DNA of 64,000 bases, taken from contig JAIRYW010000058.1 in assembly GCA_031267645.1 (NCBI GenBank), forward strand, positions 1,106-65,105, read 5' to 3'. The notes beneath the pieces are model-generated. The model searched no databases. It saw nothing but the letters and a program-made list of their open reading frames with translations, and had not been told where the DNA came from. Both the position numbers and the translations under genes were made by a program. Below are positions 29,607 through 39,342 of the stretch, piece by piece. Origin of the DNA: Propionibacteriaceae bacterium. GTDB lineage: Bacteria > Actinomycetota > Actinomycetes > Propionibacteriales > Propionibacteriaceae. Every line of letters begins with the position of its first letter. Position 1 is the first letter of the stretch.

Positions 29607-31379
29607 TCACAGATCCAAAGGCAGGACCGAGGTGGGAGCGTCGGCGGCCGAGGCGGCCACCGGTTCGAACTCTTGGACCTTGTCCAAAGACAGGCCCATG
29701 GCGATGTTGGTGACCCGCTCGGTCACGACCTCGACCACCACTGGCAAGCGTTGGTCGCGGGCCCAGGCCTCGGCCTGGGTCAGGGCCGGGCCCAGATCCT
29801 CGGGCTTCAGAACTCTAAGGGCGGCGCAACCCAGCCCCTGGGCCACCATGACGTGGTCGACTCCCCAACCGTTCATCTCCGGAGAGTTGACATTGTCGAA
29901 GGAGAGCTGGACTTGGTAGTCCATGTCGAAGGCTCGCTGAGATTGGCGGATCAGGCCGAGGTACGAGTTGTTCAAGACGACATGGACGTAAGGGATGTGG
30001 AATTGGGCGCCGACGGCCAGCTCCTCGATCAGGAACTGGAAGTCGTAGTCACCGCTCAAGCCCACGATCAGCTCGTCCGGCAAGGCCTTGGCCACGCCCA
30101 GGCAGGCCGGCAGGGTCCAGCCCAGGGGGCCGGCTTGGGCGGCGTCGATCCAGCCCCGGTGCGTCAAGACGTTGATGAATTGGGCTCCGGCGATCTGAGT
30201 CAAACCGATGGTGGTGACGTAACGGACCCGGCCGGCGAAGGCCCGGTTCATCTCCTCGAAGACTCGTTGCGGTTTGATCGGCACGTCGTCGAAGTGGGTC
30301 TTGCGTTCCAGCTGACGCCGGTGGCGAGCCGATTGGGTGGCCCAGTCGGAGAAATCGGGCAACTGCTGGCGGCGGCGCCGGACCTCGGCCAGGATCAGTT
30401 CCAGGGCGGCTTTGGCGTCGGACACCAGGCCCAGGTCGGGCGGGAAGATACGGCCCAACTGGGTCGGCTCGATGTCGATGTGGACGAAGCGACGGCCTTG
30501 GCGGTAAACCGTCAGGTCGCCGGTGTGGCGGTTGGCCCAACGGTTGCCCAGACCGATCACCAGGTCGGACTCCAAGAAGATGGCGTTGGCGTAACGGCGG
30601 GCCGTTTGGATGCCGACCAAGCCGGCCGCCAGCCGATGGTCGTCGGCGATGGCGCCGGAGGCCATCAAGGTGGCGGCCACCGGGATGTTCAAGGTCTCAG
30701 CCAACTCCTGGGCCACCTGCTCGGCCCCGGCGATGACGACGCCGCCGCCCAACAGCAGCAAGGGGTGGTGGCTGGCCGCGATCAGGTCGACCACCTGGGC
30801 GGCCTCGGCCTCGGTCAGGACCGGTCGGTCCGGCGGCAAGGGACGGTAGCTGGCCGGGTCGAACTCGATCTCGACCTGTTGCACGTCTATCGGCAGATCG
30901 ATCAAGACCGGCCCGGGTCGGCCCGACCGCATCAGGTGGAAGGCTCGGCGCATGATGGGGCCGATCTGGGCCGGTTCGCGCACGGTCACGGCCCACTTGG
31001 TGACCGGGGCGGCGATCGAGACGATGTCGACGCCTTGGAAGTCCTCTTTGTCCATCTTGGCCAGCGGCACCTGGCCGGTCAGGCACAGGATCGGCACTGA
31101 GTCGGCCCAGGCCGCGTACAGCCCGGTCACCATGTCGGTGCCGCCGGGCCCGGAGGTGCCGACGCAGACGCCGATGTTGCCCTGACGGGCTCGGGAGTAG
31201 CCGTCCGCCATGTGCGAGCCGGCTTCGGCGTGGCGGGCCAGGACGTGGTCGATGCCGCCGTGGGCCCGGAAGGCGGAGTAGAGCGGGTTGACGGCGGCGC
31301 CGGGGACGCCGAAGACCTGGGTGGCGCCTTCGGCCTCCAAGATGGCGACCAGGGCGTCGACGGTGCGCATGCGGGGCAT
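29607..31379 (-). CDS. gcl: Glyoxylate carboligase (tartronate-semialdehyde synthase)
   Basis: Near-collinear with E. coli Gcl as I remember it: M.RMR.VDA...LE.EG....FGVPGAA.NP.YSA.R.HGGI.H.LARH.E.ASHMA.GY.RA..GNIGVC.GTSGP.GTDM.T.LY.A.ADS.PILC.TGQ. Confidence 0.95.
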   Translation of the reverse strand: MPRMRTVDALVAILEAEGATQVFGVPGAAVNPLYSAFRAHGGIDHVLARHAEAGSHMADGYSRARQGNIGVCVGTSGPGGTDMVTGLYAAWADSVPILCLTGQVPLAKMDKEDFQGVDIVSIAAPVTKWAVTVREPAQIGPIMRRAFHLMRSGRPGPVLIDLPIDVQQVEIEFDPASYRPLPPDRPVLTEAEAAQVVDLIAASHHPLLLLGGGVVIAGAEQVAQELAETLNIPVAATLMASGAIADDHRLAAGLVGIQTARRYANAIFLESDLVIGLGNRWANRHTGDLTVYRQGRRFVHIDIEPTQLGRIFPPDLGLVSDAKAALELILAEVRRRRQQLPDFSDWATQSARHRRQLERKTHFDDVPIKPQRVFEEMNRAFAGRVRYVTTIGLTQIAGAQFINVLTHRGWIDAAQAGPLGWTLPACLGVAKALPDELIVGLSGDYDFQFLIEELAVGAQFHIPYVHVVLNNSYLGLIRQSQRAFDMDYQVQLSFDNVNSPEMNGWGVDHVMVAQGLGCAALRVLKPEDLGPALTQAEAWARDQRLPVVVEVVTERVTNIAMGLSLDKVQEFEPVAASAADAPTSVLPLDL

Positions 31380-31448
31380 GGTGTCTCCTTTGACTACGGT
31401 TCGACCGGGCTGGGACGGCTCAGTCGTTCGATGGTGGGCGGGTCGGGT

Positions 31449-32336
31449 TCAGTCGGCGGTGGGTAGACCGCACAGGCGTTGGACGCCTCGGAAGAGGGCG
31501 GAGTGGTCGAGCTGGCCGTCGCCTTGGGCTTTGACGGCCGCCACCAGTTGGGCCACCAGGGACCCCAGGGGCAGAGCCAGGCCGGCTTGGCGGGCGGCCG
31601 CCTGGACGATGCCCATGTCTTTGTGGTGGAGGTCGATGCGGAAACCGGGCTGGAAGTCACGGGAGGTCATCTTGGCCGCCTTCTGGTTCAGGACGGCCGA
31701 CCCGGCCAGGCCGCCGCCCAGGACCTCGACGGCGGCGGCCAGATCGACCCCGTAGGCCTCCAGGAAGACCAAGGCTTCGGCCAGGGCTTCGATATTGGCC
31801 GCCACGATCAGCTGGTTGGCCGCTTTGACGGTCTGGCCGGCCCCGTTCGGCCCGACCAGCACGATGGTGCGCCCGACCAGGTCGAAGATGGGCCGGGCGG
31901 CCTCGAAATCGTCCGGCCGCCCGCCCACCATGATGGACAAGATGGCCTGTTCGGCGCCGGGCTGGCCGCCCGAGACCGGGGCGTCCAAGAGCCGGCAGCC
32001 GGCGGCTTGGACCTGGGCCGCCAGGGCCTGGGTGACGTCTGGCCTGATGGAGGAGAAGTCGATGATCAAGGTCCCGGGGCGGACCAGGGCCAGCACGCCC
32101 TGGGGCCCGGACAGGACCGCTTCGACGTCGGGCGAGTCGGGCACCATGATGGCCACCACGTCGGCCTCGGCCACCGCCTCGGCCAGGCTGCCGGCGGCCC
32201 GTCCGCCGGCCTCGACCAAGCGGTCGGCGGCGTGGGGGGACAGGTCGTAGCCGGTCACGGCGAAGCCGCCCCGTTGCAGGTGGACCGACATGGGCGCGCC
32301 CATGATGCCGAGGCCGATGAAAGCTATATTCGTCAT
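31449..32336 (-). CDS. glxR: 2-hydroxy-3-oxopropionate (tartronate semialdehyde) reductase
   Basis: FIGLGIMGAPM NAD fold, DAPVSGG, GQT.K.ANQ, C-terminal LDHSAL. Lies between hyi and gcl. Confidence 0.9.
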   Translation of the reverse strand: MTNIAFIGLGIMGAPMSVHLQRGGFAVTGYDLSPHAADRLVEAGGRAAGSLAEAVAEADVVAIMVPDSPDVEAVLSGPQGVLALVRPGTLIIDFSSIRPDVTQALAAQVQAAGCRLLDAPVSGGQPGAEQAILSIMVGGRPDDFEAARPIFDLVGRTIVLVGPNGAGQTVKAANQLIVAANIEALAEALVFLEAYGVDLAAAVEVLGGGLAGSAVLNQKAAKMTSRDFQPGFRIDLHHKDMGIVQAAARQAGLALPLGSLVAQLVAAVKAQGDGQLDHSALFRGVQRLCGLPTAD

Positions 32337-32382
32337 GACTGTGATCCTTGTCTAGGGAGTTCGGAGTCGAGCTCTCGGCCGA

Positions 32383-33171
32383 TCAGGCCGAGAGCCAGGC
32401 GAAGGGGTCGAGGCCGGGCGGGCTGACGTATTCCAGGCCGACGGCGCCGTCGTAGCCGGCCCGTTCCAGGTCGCCCAGCCAACGCTGGAGCGGGGCCTGC
32501 CCGGTGCCGGGGGCGCCGCGACCGGGCAGGTCGGCGATCTGGACGTGGGCCACGCGGTCGGCTTGGCTGGCGATGACGGCGTCGACGTCGTCGCCGTTGC
32601 TGGCCAGATGGTAGACGTCGAGCAACAGCCCGAGGTTGTCCGGGCCGCGCTCGGCTTTGACCCGGTCGATCACGGCCAGGGCCTGGGCCGCCGTCTTGAG
32701 CGGGTAGTCCGGCGCGCCCGAGACCGGCTCGACCAAGATGGTGCCGCCCAAGGGCTCGACCGCTTTCGCCGCCCAGGCGAGATTGTCGATGGCCAGATCG
32801 TCTTGCTGAACCGTGTCGCAACCGGGCTGGCGCAGCCCGTAGAGGGCGTTGAAGAAGCGGCAGCCGGTGGCGCGGGCGATGGCCACGACGGCCTCGACGT
32901 TGGCCCGGAAGCGCTCGCTGCGGCCGGGCCAGGAGACCAGGCCGCGGTCGCCTCCGGCCATGTCGCCGGCGTCGAAGTTCAAGCCGGTCAATTCGACTTC
33001 GGCTTGGTCCAGCCAAGCCGTCAGGGCGGCCACCTGGTCCGGTTCGGGGGCGGGCCGGTCGAAGGGCCACCACAGCTCGACTCCGGTCAGGCCGGCCCGG
33101 TGGACGGCTTGGAAACGCTGAGCCAGGGGAAGGTCGGTCAGCAGGATGGAACAGTTGGCGGTGTAGCGCAT
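32383..33171 (-). CDS. hyi: Hydroxypyruvate isomerase
   Basis: ORF 32383..33336 trimmed to the ATG at 33171 (ggag RBS). MRYTANCSILL..., HVQIADLPGRGAPGTG and GLEY match the Hyi pattern. Confidence 0.9.
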   Translation of the reverse strand: MRYTANCSILLTDLPLAQRFQAVHRAGLTGVELWWPFDRPAPEPDQVAALTAWLDQAEVELTGLNFDAGDMAGGDRGLVSWPGRSERFRANVEAVVAIARATGCRFFNALYGLRQPGCDTVQQDDLAIDNLAWAAKAVEPLGGTILVEPVSGAPDYPLKTAAQALAVIDRVKAERGPDNLGLLLDVYHLASNGDDVDAVIASQADRVAHVQIADLPGRGAPGTGQAPLQRWLGDLERAGYDGAVGLEYVSPPGLDPFAWLSA

Positions 33172-33411
33172 GGCGACTCCATCAAGTTTCACTATACGAG
33201 AATAATAATCTGTTATTCGGATCTTATTCCCACCCGTGGCCATCGTCAACGCCGGTCCCGGCGGTGGGGGCGGCCCCTCGGAGCGGTCCGGTCGATGGGC
33301 TGGGAAGCCGGGGGACGGCTGCCCGAGTGGGGCCAAGGGATGGTCGACCCGACTGGGCTGGGGCGGGAGTGGCGAAGCGACCGAGTGGGCCGGGGTCGGG
33401 CCGGCCCGGGC

Positions 33412-34236
33412 TCAGGCCGGTTGGACCTGGTCGGACAGGACGCCGGCCAGCTGGCGGGCGGCGCGCAGCAGGCTGGGAACGGCCTGGAAGCCGCGCTCAG
33501 GGGTCAGGCGGACGGCCGGACCGGAGATGGACACGGCCGTCGGCACGGCCGCGGCGGGCACGGCCACGGCGTAGCAGCGCACGCCGACCTCCTGCTCGCC
33601 CTCGTCCACGGCGTAGCCGCGCTGGCGGACGAGGGCCAGCTCGGCCAACAGGTCTTCCGGGTCGGTCAAGGTGCGGTCGGTCTGGGCCGGCAGGCCCGAC
33701 CGGGCCACGATGGCGCGGACCTGGTCGTCCGGCAGCTCGGCCAAGATCGCTTTGCCCACGCCGGTGCAGTGGGGATGGACTCGGCGGCCGACCTCGGTGA
33801 AGGTGCGCATGGCGTGGGGCGAGGGAGCCTGAGCCACGTACACCATCATGTCGCGGTCCAAACTGGCCAGGTTGGCGCTCTCGCCCAGCCGCTCGACCAA
33901 ACCGTCCAAGACGGGCTGGGCCCAGACGCCGGAGACCTGGCCGGCGACGGCGCCGAGATGGATCAGCTTGGGCCCCAGCGAGTAGCGCCGGGAGGGCAGC
34001 TGGCGGACGTAGCCGTCGGCCACCAGGGTGCGCAAGAGACGGTGGATGGTCGGCGTCGGCAACTGGGAACGCTGGGCCAGCTGGCTCAAACCGACCACTC
34101 CGCCGGCTTGGGTCATCAGCTCCAGCAGGGCGAAGGCGCGGGCCACCGACTGGACATGGTTGGCGCGCTCGGTCGTGGTCCCTCCCCGGGTGGCGGCCCA
34201 GCCCGGTGCGATCCGGCGGGCGATGGTTCCGGTCAT
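33412..34236 (-). CDS. IclR-family transcriptional regulator
   Basis: HTH SVARAFALLELMTQAGGVVGLSQLAQRSQLPTPTIHRLLRTL plus an IclR effector domain. Lies upstream of the glyoxylate operon. Confidence 0.9.
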   Translation of the reverse strand: MTGTIARRIAPGWAATRGGTTTERANHVQSVARAFALLELMTQAGGVVGLSQLAQRSQLPTPTIHRLLRTLVADGYVRQLPSRRYSLGPKLIHLGAVAGQVSGVWAQPVLDGLVERLGESANLASLDRDMMVYVAQAPSPHAMRTFTEVGRRVHPHCTGVGKAILAELPDDQVRAIVARSGLPAQTDRTLTDPEDLLAELALVRQRGYAVDEGEQEVGVRCYAVAVPAAAVPTAVSISGPAVRLTPERGFQAVPSLLRAARQLAGVLSDQVQPA

Positions 34237-34245
34237 GCTAACACC

Positions 34246-34375
34246 GTGGGGGCGTGGCCGGGTCTGGTCGGCCCGGGCCCGTACGGTCGCTCCCCGGGTG
34301 CCCCGACCACTTCGATCGCGGTCGGCCGCTGGGGAACGGTCGCTGTATGGTGTCTCCGAAGACCCCGGGGAAGGC
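34246..34375 (+). ncRNA. Possible diverged cobalamin riboswitch upstream of cobT
   Basis: The elements occur in canonical order. These are the hairpin GGCCGGGTCTGGTCGGCC, then GGCCCGTACGGT (compare CCCGCAACGGT), then GCCGCTGGGG (compare GCCACTG). Last is a B12-box-like GGTGTCTCCGAAGACCCC, close to GGTGAGTCCGAACACCC of the clearer element at 43660-43795. The canonical GGGAA is missing. Confidence 0.45.
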
Positions 34376-34442
34376 CGCTCGACCAGGCGTCGGCGCCATC
34401 GCTCGATCAGTTTCCCGGGCCCGTCGGACCAAAGGGGGAGCC

Positions 34443-35516
34443 ATGGGCTACACAGACGTCATCGCCACCATCGCCGGAGCCGATCAGGCCGCCTTGGCCG
34501 AGGCCCAGGCCCGCGTCGACGTCTTGCTCAAGCCGCCCGGCAGCCTGGGCCGGCTGGAGGAGATGGCCGTCCGACTGGCCGGCATGACCGGGCGGGTGCG
34601 CAATCAGTTCGAGCGCCGCTGCGTCGTGGTGATGGCGGCCGACAACGGGGTTTACGCTCAGGGCGTGGCCAGCGCGCCGCAGGAGTTCACCCGGCTGCAG
34701 GCCGTCAACATGACCCGGGGCATCTGCGGCGTCTCCGTCTTGACCGCACAGGCCTCGGGCGACGTCGTGGTGGTCGACATCGGCATCGCCCAGCCGACCG
34801 GTTGGCCGCAGATCGTGGAGCGGACGGTGCGCCGTTCGACCCGCGACCTGGCGGTCGAGCCGGCTCTGACCCGGGCCGAGGCGGTCGCCGCCATCGAGGT
34901 CGGCCTGGAGGTCACGAACGGCCTGATCGACCAGGGCTACCAGATGATCGGCACCGGCGAGATGGGCATCGCCAACACCACCACCACCAGCGCCTGCGCC
35001 GTCGTCCTGACCGGCGTCGAAGTGGAGCGCGCGGTCGGCCGGGGGGCCGGTCTGAGCGACCAGGCCCTGGCCCACAAGATCGAGGTGGTGCGTCGGGCCT
35101 TGGCCTTGCACCAGCCCGATCCGAACGACCCGCTGGACGTGTTGTCCAAGGTCGGCGGCCTCGACATCGCCGGCCTGGTCGGCTGCTACCTAGCCGCCGC
35201 CAGCCGGCGCACCCCGATCCTGGTCGACGGCGTCATCTCGATCCTGGCCGCCCTGCTGGCCCAGCGCCTGGCCCCGGCCGCGGCCGACTTCATGATCGCC
35301 ACCCACCGCTCCGAGGAGCCGGCCTACGCCGCCATCTCGGCCGAATTGGGTCTGGAGCCCTTCCTCGACCTCAAGATGCGCCTGGGCGAGGGCACCGGTT
35401 GCGCCCTGGCCTTCCCCATCGTGGACGCGGCCTGCGCCATGATGGACCGGATGGGCACCTTCGACGACATCCAATACGACCAGTCCTTCCTGGTCGACAA
35501 CCGCGAGGAGTCCTGA
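34443..35516 (+). CDS. cobT: Nicotinate-nucleotide--dimethylbenzimidazole phosphoribosyltransferase
   Basis: ORF 34254..35516 trimmed to the ATG at 34443 (aaaggggga RBS). KPPGSLGRLEE, GEMGIANTT, MRLGEGTGCA. Confidence 0.9.
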   Translation: MGYTDVIATIAGADQAALAEAQARVDVLLKPPGSLGRLEEMAVRLAGMTGRVRNQFERRCVVVMAADNGVYAQGVASAPQEFTRLQAVNMTRGICGVSVLTAQASGDVVVVDIGIAQPTGWPQIVERTVRRSTRDLAVEPALTRAEAVAAIEVGLEVTNGLIDQGYQMIGTGEMGIANTTTTSACAVVLTGVEVERAVGRGAGLSDQALAHKIEVVRRALALHQPDPNDPLDVLSKVGGLDIAGLVGCYLAAASRRTPILVDGVISILAALLAQRLAPAAADFMIATHRSEEPAYAAISAELGLEPFLDLKMRLGEGTGCALAFPIVDAACAMMDRMGTFDDIQYDQSFLVDNREES

Positions 35517-35633
35517 TGCGGTCGCTCCGGTCCGGCCGGGGCGTCCGAGCGGCCAACGGTGGGGGTGGAGGGATCCGAGGCCGCCGCGGACGGTCCGCCT
35601 GGCCCGGCCCTGGCCTTTGGACGGAGGGCTGAG

Positions 35634-36230
35634 ATGGGACGGACCGAACCGAGGGCCCCGGTCCTGCTGGTGACCGGCGGCGTCCGCTCCGGCAAGAGCG
35701 CTTACGCCGAGGCGGCGGCCGCCCAGTTGAGCCGCGGCGGCGTGCTCTACCTGGCCACGGCCTACGCCGGCGACGACGAGATGGCCGACCGCATCCGCCG
35801 CCACCAGGCCAGCCGACCGGCCGGCTGGACGACCTGGGAACGGACCAGCCGATTGGCCGGCATCGCCCAGGACGGCCCGACGGGCGACTGGGATTGTCTG
35901 ATCGTGGACTGTCTGGCCAATCTGGTCTCCAACGTCATGTTCGACCAGCTGGAGCGTCCGGACGAGGCCGAGCCGGAGCGATTCGACCAGGTCGAGGCCA
36001 GTTTGCTGCAGGATTTGACCGCTCTGGTCGACTTCACCCGCGGTCGCGGGTCCAGCCTGGTCCTGGTCAGCAACGAGGTCGGTCTCGGTTTGGTGCCCGA
36101 GGGCCGGTCCTCGCGTTACTACCGCGACATCCTGGGGCGGGTCAACCAGGCCTTGGCGGCGACCGCCGACGCCGTCGTCTTGATGGTCTGCGGCCAAGCC
36201 CTGGCCATCAAGGGCGCAGTCGCCTGGTGA
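35634..36230 (+). CDS. cobU: Adenosylcobinamide kinase / adenosylcobinamide-phosphate guanylyltransferase
   Basis: ORF 35559..36230 trimmed to the ATG at 35634 (ggaggg RBS). P-loop LVTGGVRSGKS; CobU/CobP length and pattern. Confidence 0.85.
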   Translation: MGRTEPRAPVLLVTGGVRSGKSAYAEAAAAQLSRGGVLYLATAYAGDDEMADRIRRHQASRPAGWTTWERTSRLAGIAQDGPTGDWDCLIVDCLANLVSNVMFDQLERPDEAEPERFDQVEASLLQDLTALVDFTRGRGSSLVLVSNEVGLGLVPEGRSSRYYRDILGRVNQALAATADAVVLMVCGQALAIKGAVAW

Positions 36231-36280
36231 AGGGCTGAGGCCGTCTCAGAGCTGGGTCGGTCAGCGGGGCGGTCGGCCGT

Positions 36281-37252
36281 TCAGGCCAGCGGCGAGGGCT
36301 GGGCTAAATTGTTCAACATGGCCACGAAGGCGGCCGGCGGGGCCACTGAGATCTTGCTCTGTTTGCGCTCCCAGGGGATGACGGTGAAGCCGTCCGGACG
36401 GTACCAGAACAACTCCTGGCTGAGAGGTCCGGGGCCTTGCAGGTAGGCCTTCTCGATCAAATTGATCAGCATCGTGACGGCGCTCGGCGTCTTGAGGTCG
36501 ACGATCGGGTAGACCACGGCCAGATGGCGGGTGGGGGCCGTCACCAAGGAACCGTGGGGGCCGATCAAACCGGGCCGCCGGTTCAGCTCGAAGAGCAGGT
36601 TGGGGGTGAAGAAGTGGTCGCATTCGGCCACCAGGGCCAGCCCGTGGTTGGACTCCACCGGGGTGGGTTGGATGGCGTAACGCTGGGCGATGTTGGCCCG
36701 GCCCAGCTCCAGCAGGCCGTCGACGCTCTCGCCCCAGCCCTCGGCCACCCGCCGGTCCACGATCTCGATGGTGTCGGGCCAGTCGAAGACCAAGGCTTCG
36801 ACCAGTTGGCCGGCCAGGGGTCGGCCCACCAAGATGGCGTCGGCGCCGGCTTGGGCCAGATCGTGGCAGTTGTACAGCCGGACCCCCAGCAGGGGGCGGA
36901 CGGCGTCGAAGTCGGCGGTGTCCGGTTTGTCCGGAGCCGGCCCAGCGGCCGGTTCGGCGCCGGCCGGGGCTGGCGCGACCTCGCGCAAAGATGAACCTAT
37001 GTTGGACGAGATGACGGCGTAGTAGCCGCGCGGCGTGGTGCGCTGGCAGAGCTGGGCCAAGTTGACCAGGTTGATGGTCTTGAGTCCGTAGGGGTGGTCG
37101 GCCAGTTCGAGCTGGCCCTCGACCAAGCGGTATTGGACGCCGAAGGCGGACACACAGCGGTCGACCTCGTCGATGAAACGGCTGTACTCCTTGGCGGTCA
37201 GGAAGCTGGCCCACTCCGGAACCGCCGCCTTCTTCTTGCCGAACAGAGCCAT
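36281..37252 (-). CDS. Hypothetical protein (323 aa), no recognised domain
   Basis: Clean ORF with a strong RBS (gaggaggagggg). Protein-like composition with an internal Ala/Pro-rich linker. Confidence 0.7.
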   Translation of the reverse strand: MALFGKKKAAVPEWASFLTAKEYSRFIDEVDRCVSAFGVQYRLVEGQLELADHPYGLKTINLVNLAQLCQRTTPRGYYAVISSNIGSSLREVAPAPAGAEPAAGPAPDKPDTADFDAVRPLLGVRLYNCHDLAQAGADAILVGRPLAGQLVEALVFDWPDTIEIVDRRVAEGWGESVDGLLELGRANIAQRYAIQPTPVESNHGLALVAECDHFFTPNLLFELNRRPGLIGPHGSLVTAPTRHLAVVYPIVDLKTPSAVTMLINLIEKAYLQGPGPLSQELFWYRPDGFTVIPWERKQSKISVAPPAAFVAMLNNLAQPSPLA

Positions 37253-37648
37253 CTCGCCTCCCCTCCTCCTCGTCTGCCGTCAGGCTAGCCGCTCGTGTGG
37301 CAGTCCGTCTGGACCCCGACCACGATAAGGCCTTACAAATAAGTAAGCGTGCCATCCTCCGGTCGTGATGGGGAGACACCGGCCCCGGCGAGCCCACAAT
37401 CCGTCTGTGATCGCGTGGTTCGCGCCGGCGTCAAGGATGCCCTGCGGTTGGAACCCGCCGCAAGTCGGCGGCGGTCGACGGCTGGTCCCAGCGGCTCGGC
37501 AGCCGGCGCGAGTCGTCCTAAATCTGCCAAACCGGGTGCGTATATCCGGCGAAACCGGGTGCGAATTCCCTGCGAAAACGGGCATACATGGACGCCATCG
37601 TGGAGTTCTTCGACTGGTCAGGCGGCCCCGGTCGTGGCCGCCCCTGAT

Positions 37649-37828
37649 GGGGGCGTCCTCGGCGTGTTGGACGGCCGCCGGCTGGGCCGGCCGGAAGAGG
37701 GGCCAAGCGAACATGGCCAGGCCGGCCAGGGAGACCAAGATCAGCATGAGGGCGGACTTGGGTCCGACCGGGATGGGCCGAGCGGACTGGCCGGACCGGC
37801 CTCCGCCAAGGGGATCGGCGGCGCTCAT
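37649..37828 (-). pseudogene. 5' fragment (first ~60 codons) of a second ECF S-component gene copy
   Basis: About 95% identical, plus one 9-nt indel, to 40349-40537, the start of the intact gene. It encodes MSAADPLGGGRSGQSARPIPVGPKSALMLILVSLAGLAMFAWPLFRPAQPAAVQHAEDAP. Similarity stops abruptly at both ends. Confidence 0.8.
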
Positions 37829-37953
37829 TCCGCGCCCCAAAGGCGAACACACCCTTGGTTGAAAGACGAAGAGCGCCGCGCCCCGTGGGGGCTGCAACGC
37901 TCTTCCCAACCCCGTTTCCGGGGAATGTTAACTCCAGGCTACCATCACTTGTC

Positions 37954-38730
37954 GTGCAGGTCCCATCACCGTCCCCCGCGCTCGCGCCAGCCATCCTCGC
38001 TTCGTTGGCCAACGACCGGCTGCGACATTTCCGGCGGGCTGTTCCAGACGGTGGCCACCGAGGCACGCTCGAACTGTACTTGCTCGACGCGGAACTGGCG
38101 TCAGGCTTGCACGCTCTGTTCCGCAACGTCGAGGTGCTGCTGCGCGAGACCATGCATCGGGCGTTGGCGGCGCACTTCGGGCGGCGATGGTTCTCCGACC
38201 AAGAATTCAGGGCTGCGCTCGACCAGCGGACACTGACCACCGTGGATGACGCGATCCGAGGAGCCCAACCGGGGTGGGGCACCCCGTCCGCGGGGTCGGT
38301 CGTCGCGCACCTCATGCTTGGCACTTGGGTCCAGATGCTCGCTCCAGGAGCGCGGGGGCGCCAGGAGGCCGTCATTTGGCAGCCCGCCCTGGCGAGCGCC
38401 TTCCAGCGTTCCCGGCCATTGGCCCGCGCTGACGTGTTCGAGTTAGCGCAGCGAGTGAACTGGGCGCGGAACCGCGTCAACCATTGCGAGCCGGTCGTGT
38501 TCGGCTTCCCGCTGCCGGGCCAGATGACGGCCACCGGCAAGAGACGGCGAATCACTCCTCAGCAAGTGCTTGACGACTCTAGGAAGCTCGTGGCCGCGGT
38601 TGACCCGGCCGTGGCGGCCTGGCTCGGCGCTTGGACTGAGATCGACGCTTTGTTGGCTGACTCGCGTGTCGCGGCGGCGCTCGCCTACAAGGCTGCTGAT
38701 CGTGGCATTCACCTCGAAGGTCGGCGCTGA
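37954..38730 (+). CDS. Abi-like / HEPN-domain protein (AbiD/AbiF, Pfam Abi_2-like)
   Basis: ORF 37855..38730; start uncertain (TTG 37855 or GTG 37954). LELYLLDAELASGLHALFRNVEVLLRETM resembles the Abi_2 N-block. ARNRVNHCEPV carries the HEPN Rx4H motif. Confidence 0.55.
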   Translation: MQVPSPSPALAPAILASLANDRLRHFRRAVPDGGHRGTLELYLLDAELASGLHALFRNVEVLLRETMHRALAAHFGRRWFSDQEFRAALDQRTLTTVDDAIRGAQPGWGTPSAGSVVAHLMLGTWVQMLAPGARGRQEAVIWQPALASAFQRSRPLARADVFELAQRVNWARNRVNHCEPVVFGFPLPGQMTATGKRRRITPQQVLDDSRKLVAAVDPAVAAWLGAWTEIDALLADSRVAAALAYKAADRGIHLEGRR

Positions 38731-38898
38731 TTTTCTCCGTGGACCTTGAACGGGTCCGTCTCTGGTCCGCATGATGTGACCGCGGCGTCTGGAGGGCCGG
38801 CGTCGCCGGTCGGAGTGGTGCTGGCCACAGAGTGACGTAATCCAGTGAAAATCGAGCGGGGACCTCCGGTGGGATGAGGCTGCGACCGGATGGATCTG

Positions 38899-38941
38899 CT
38901 TCAATCGTTTGTCGCCGGAGTGAACTCGACTACCGGGTCGA
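38899..38941 (-). repeat. Displaced copy of the 3' end of the ECF S-component gene (direct repeat of 39657-39700)
   Basis: 38 of 43 nt identical. It still reads in frame as LDPVVEFTPATND-stop, against FDPVVEFTPVTDE-stop in the intact gene. Confidence 0.7.
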
Positions 38942-38955
38942 GATAGGCACGACCC

Positions 38956-39342
38956 GTGAAAAGAAGGTATCAGGAGCGCCGAGAGGCGTTGCAGAGCGCG
39001 TGGGAAGACGTCGCGCCAAGCCTCGATGCACGGTGGAACTCTTGGAATAAGAACTTCGGGCATCATCCGTTCTGGTGGGATGAGTTCTTCCACGAGCGCG
39101 ACCGTGTCACGAGGGCATATCAGACTGCTAAAGCAGTGGAAAATGGCCTGGAGCCCGAGCATCTCACGGTTGGTGCGGTTCGAGACACTGCACAGTCAGC
39201 CGCCCGCCTGGCTATGTATGCGCATCACCGCGTGGGCGGAGGCAGGGCCGGTTCTATCTCGCGTTTCGAGGTATTAGCGACAATGCGGATCAGAGAAAAA
39301 GCGAAGATCATCGGAAAAAGTTGGAGATCAGAAACTTGCTAG
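38956..39342 (+). CDS. Hypothetical protein (128 aa) in a reduced-GC segment
   Basis: ORF track only. GTG start, weak RBS. The helical, Trp-rich sequence looks more protein-like than the overlapping minus-strand ORF. Confidence 0.3.
   Translation: MKRRYQERREALQSAWEDVAPSLDARWNSWNKNFGHHPFWWDEFFHERDRVTRAYQTAKAVENGLEPEHLTVGAVRDTAQSAARLAMYAHHRVGGGRAGSISRFEVLATMRIREKAKIIGKSWRSETC

Noticed and set aside
37430-37510. Cobalamin-riboswitch-like string GGAACCCGCCGCAAGTCGGCGGCGGTCGACGG on the plus strand.
   Set aside because: It has only a hairpin resemblance. It lacks CCCGC-AC-GT and a B12 box, and no suitable downstream gene follows.
37280-37909. 209-aa minus-strand ORF spanning the S-gene fragment.
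   Set aside because: Only about 60 codons are homologous to the ECF S gene. Everything before and after is Arg/Pro/Gly-rich open frame with no similarity, so it was called a pseudogene fragment instead.
38443-39162. 239-aa minus-strand ORF in the islet.
   Set aside because: The composition is not protein-like (Arg/Ser/Pro/His runs). It overlaps the end of the Abi-like gene and the more plausible plus-strand ORF, and it has no RBS.
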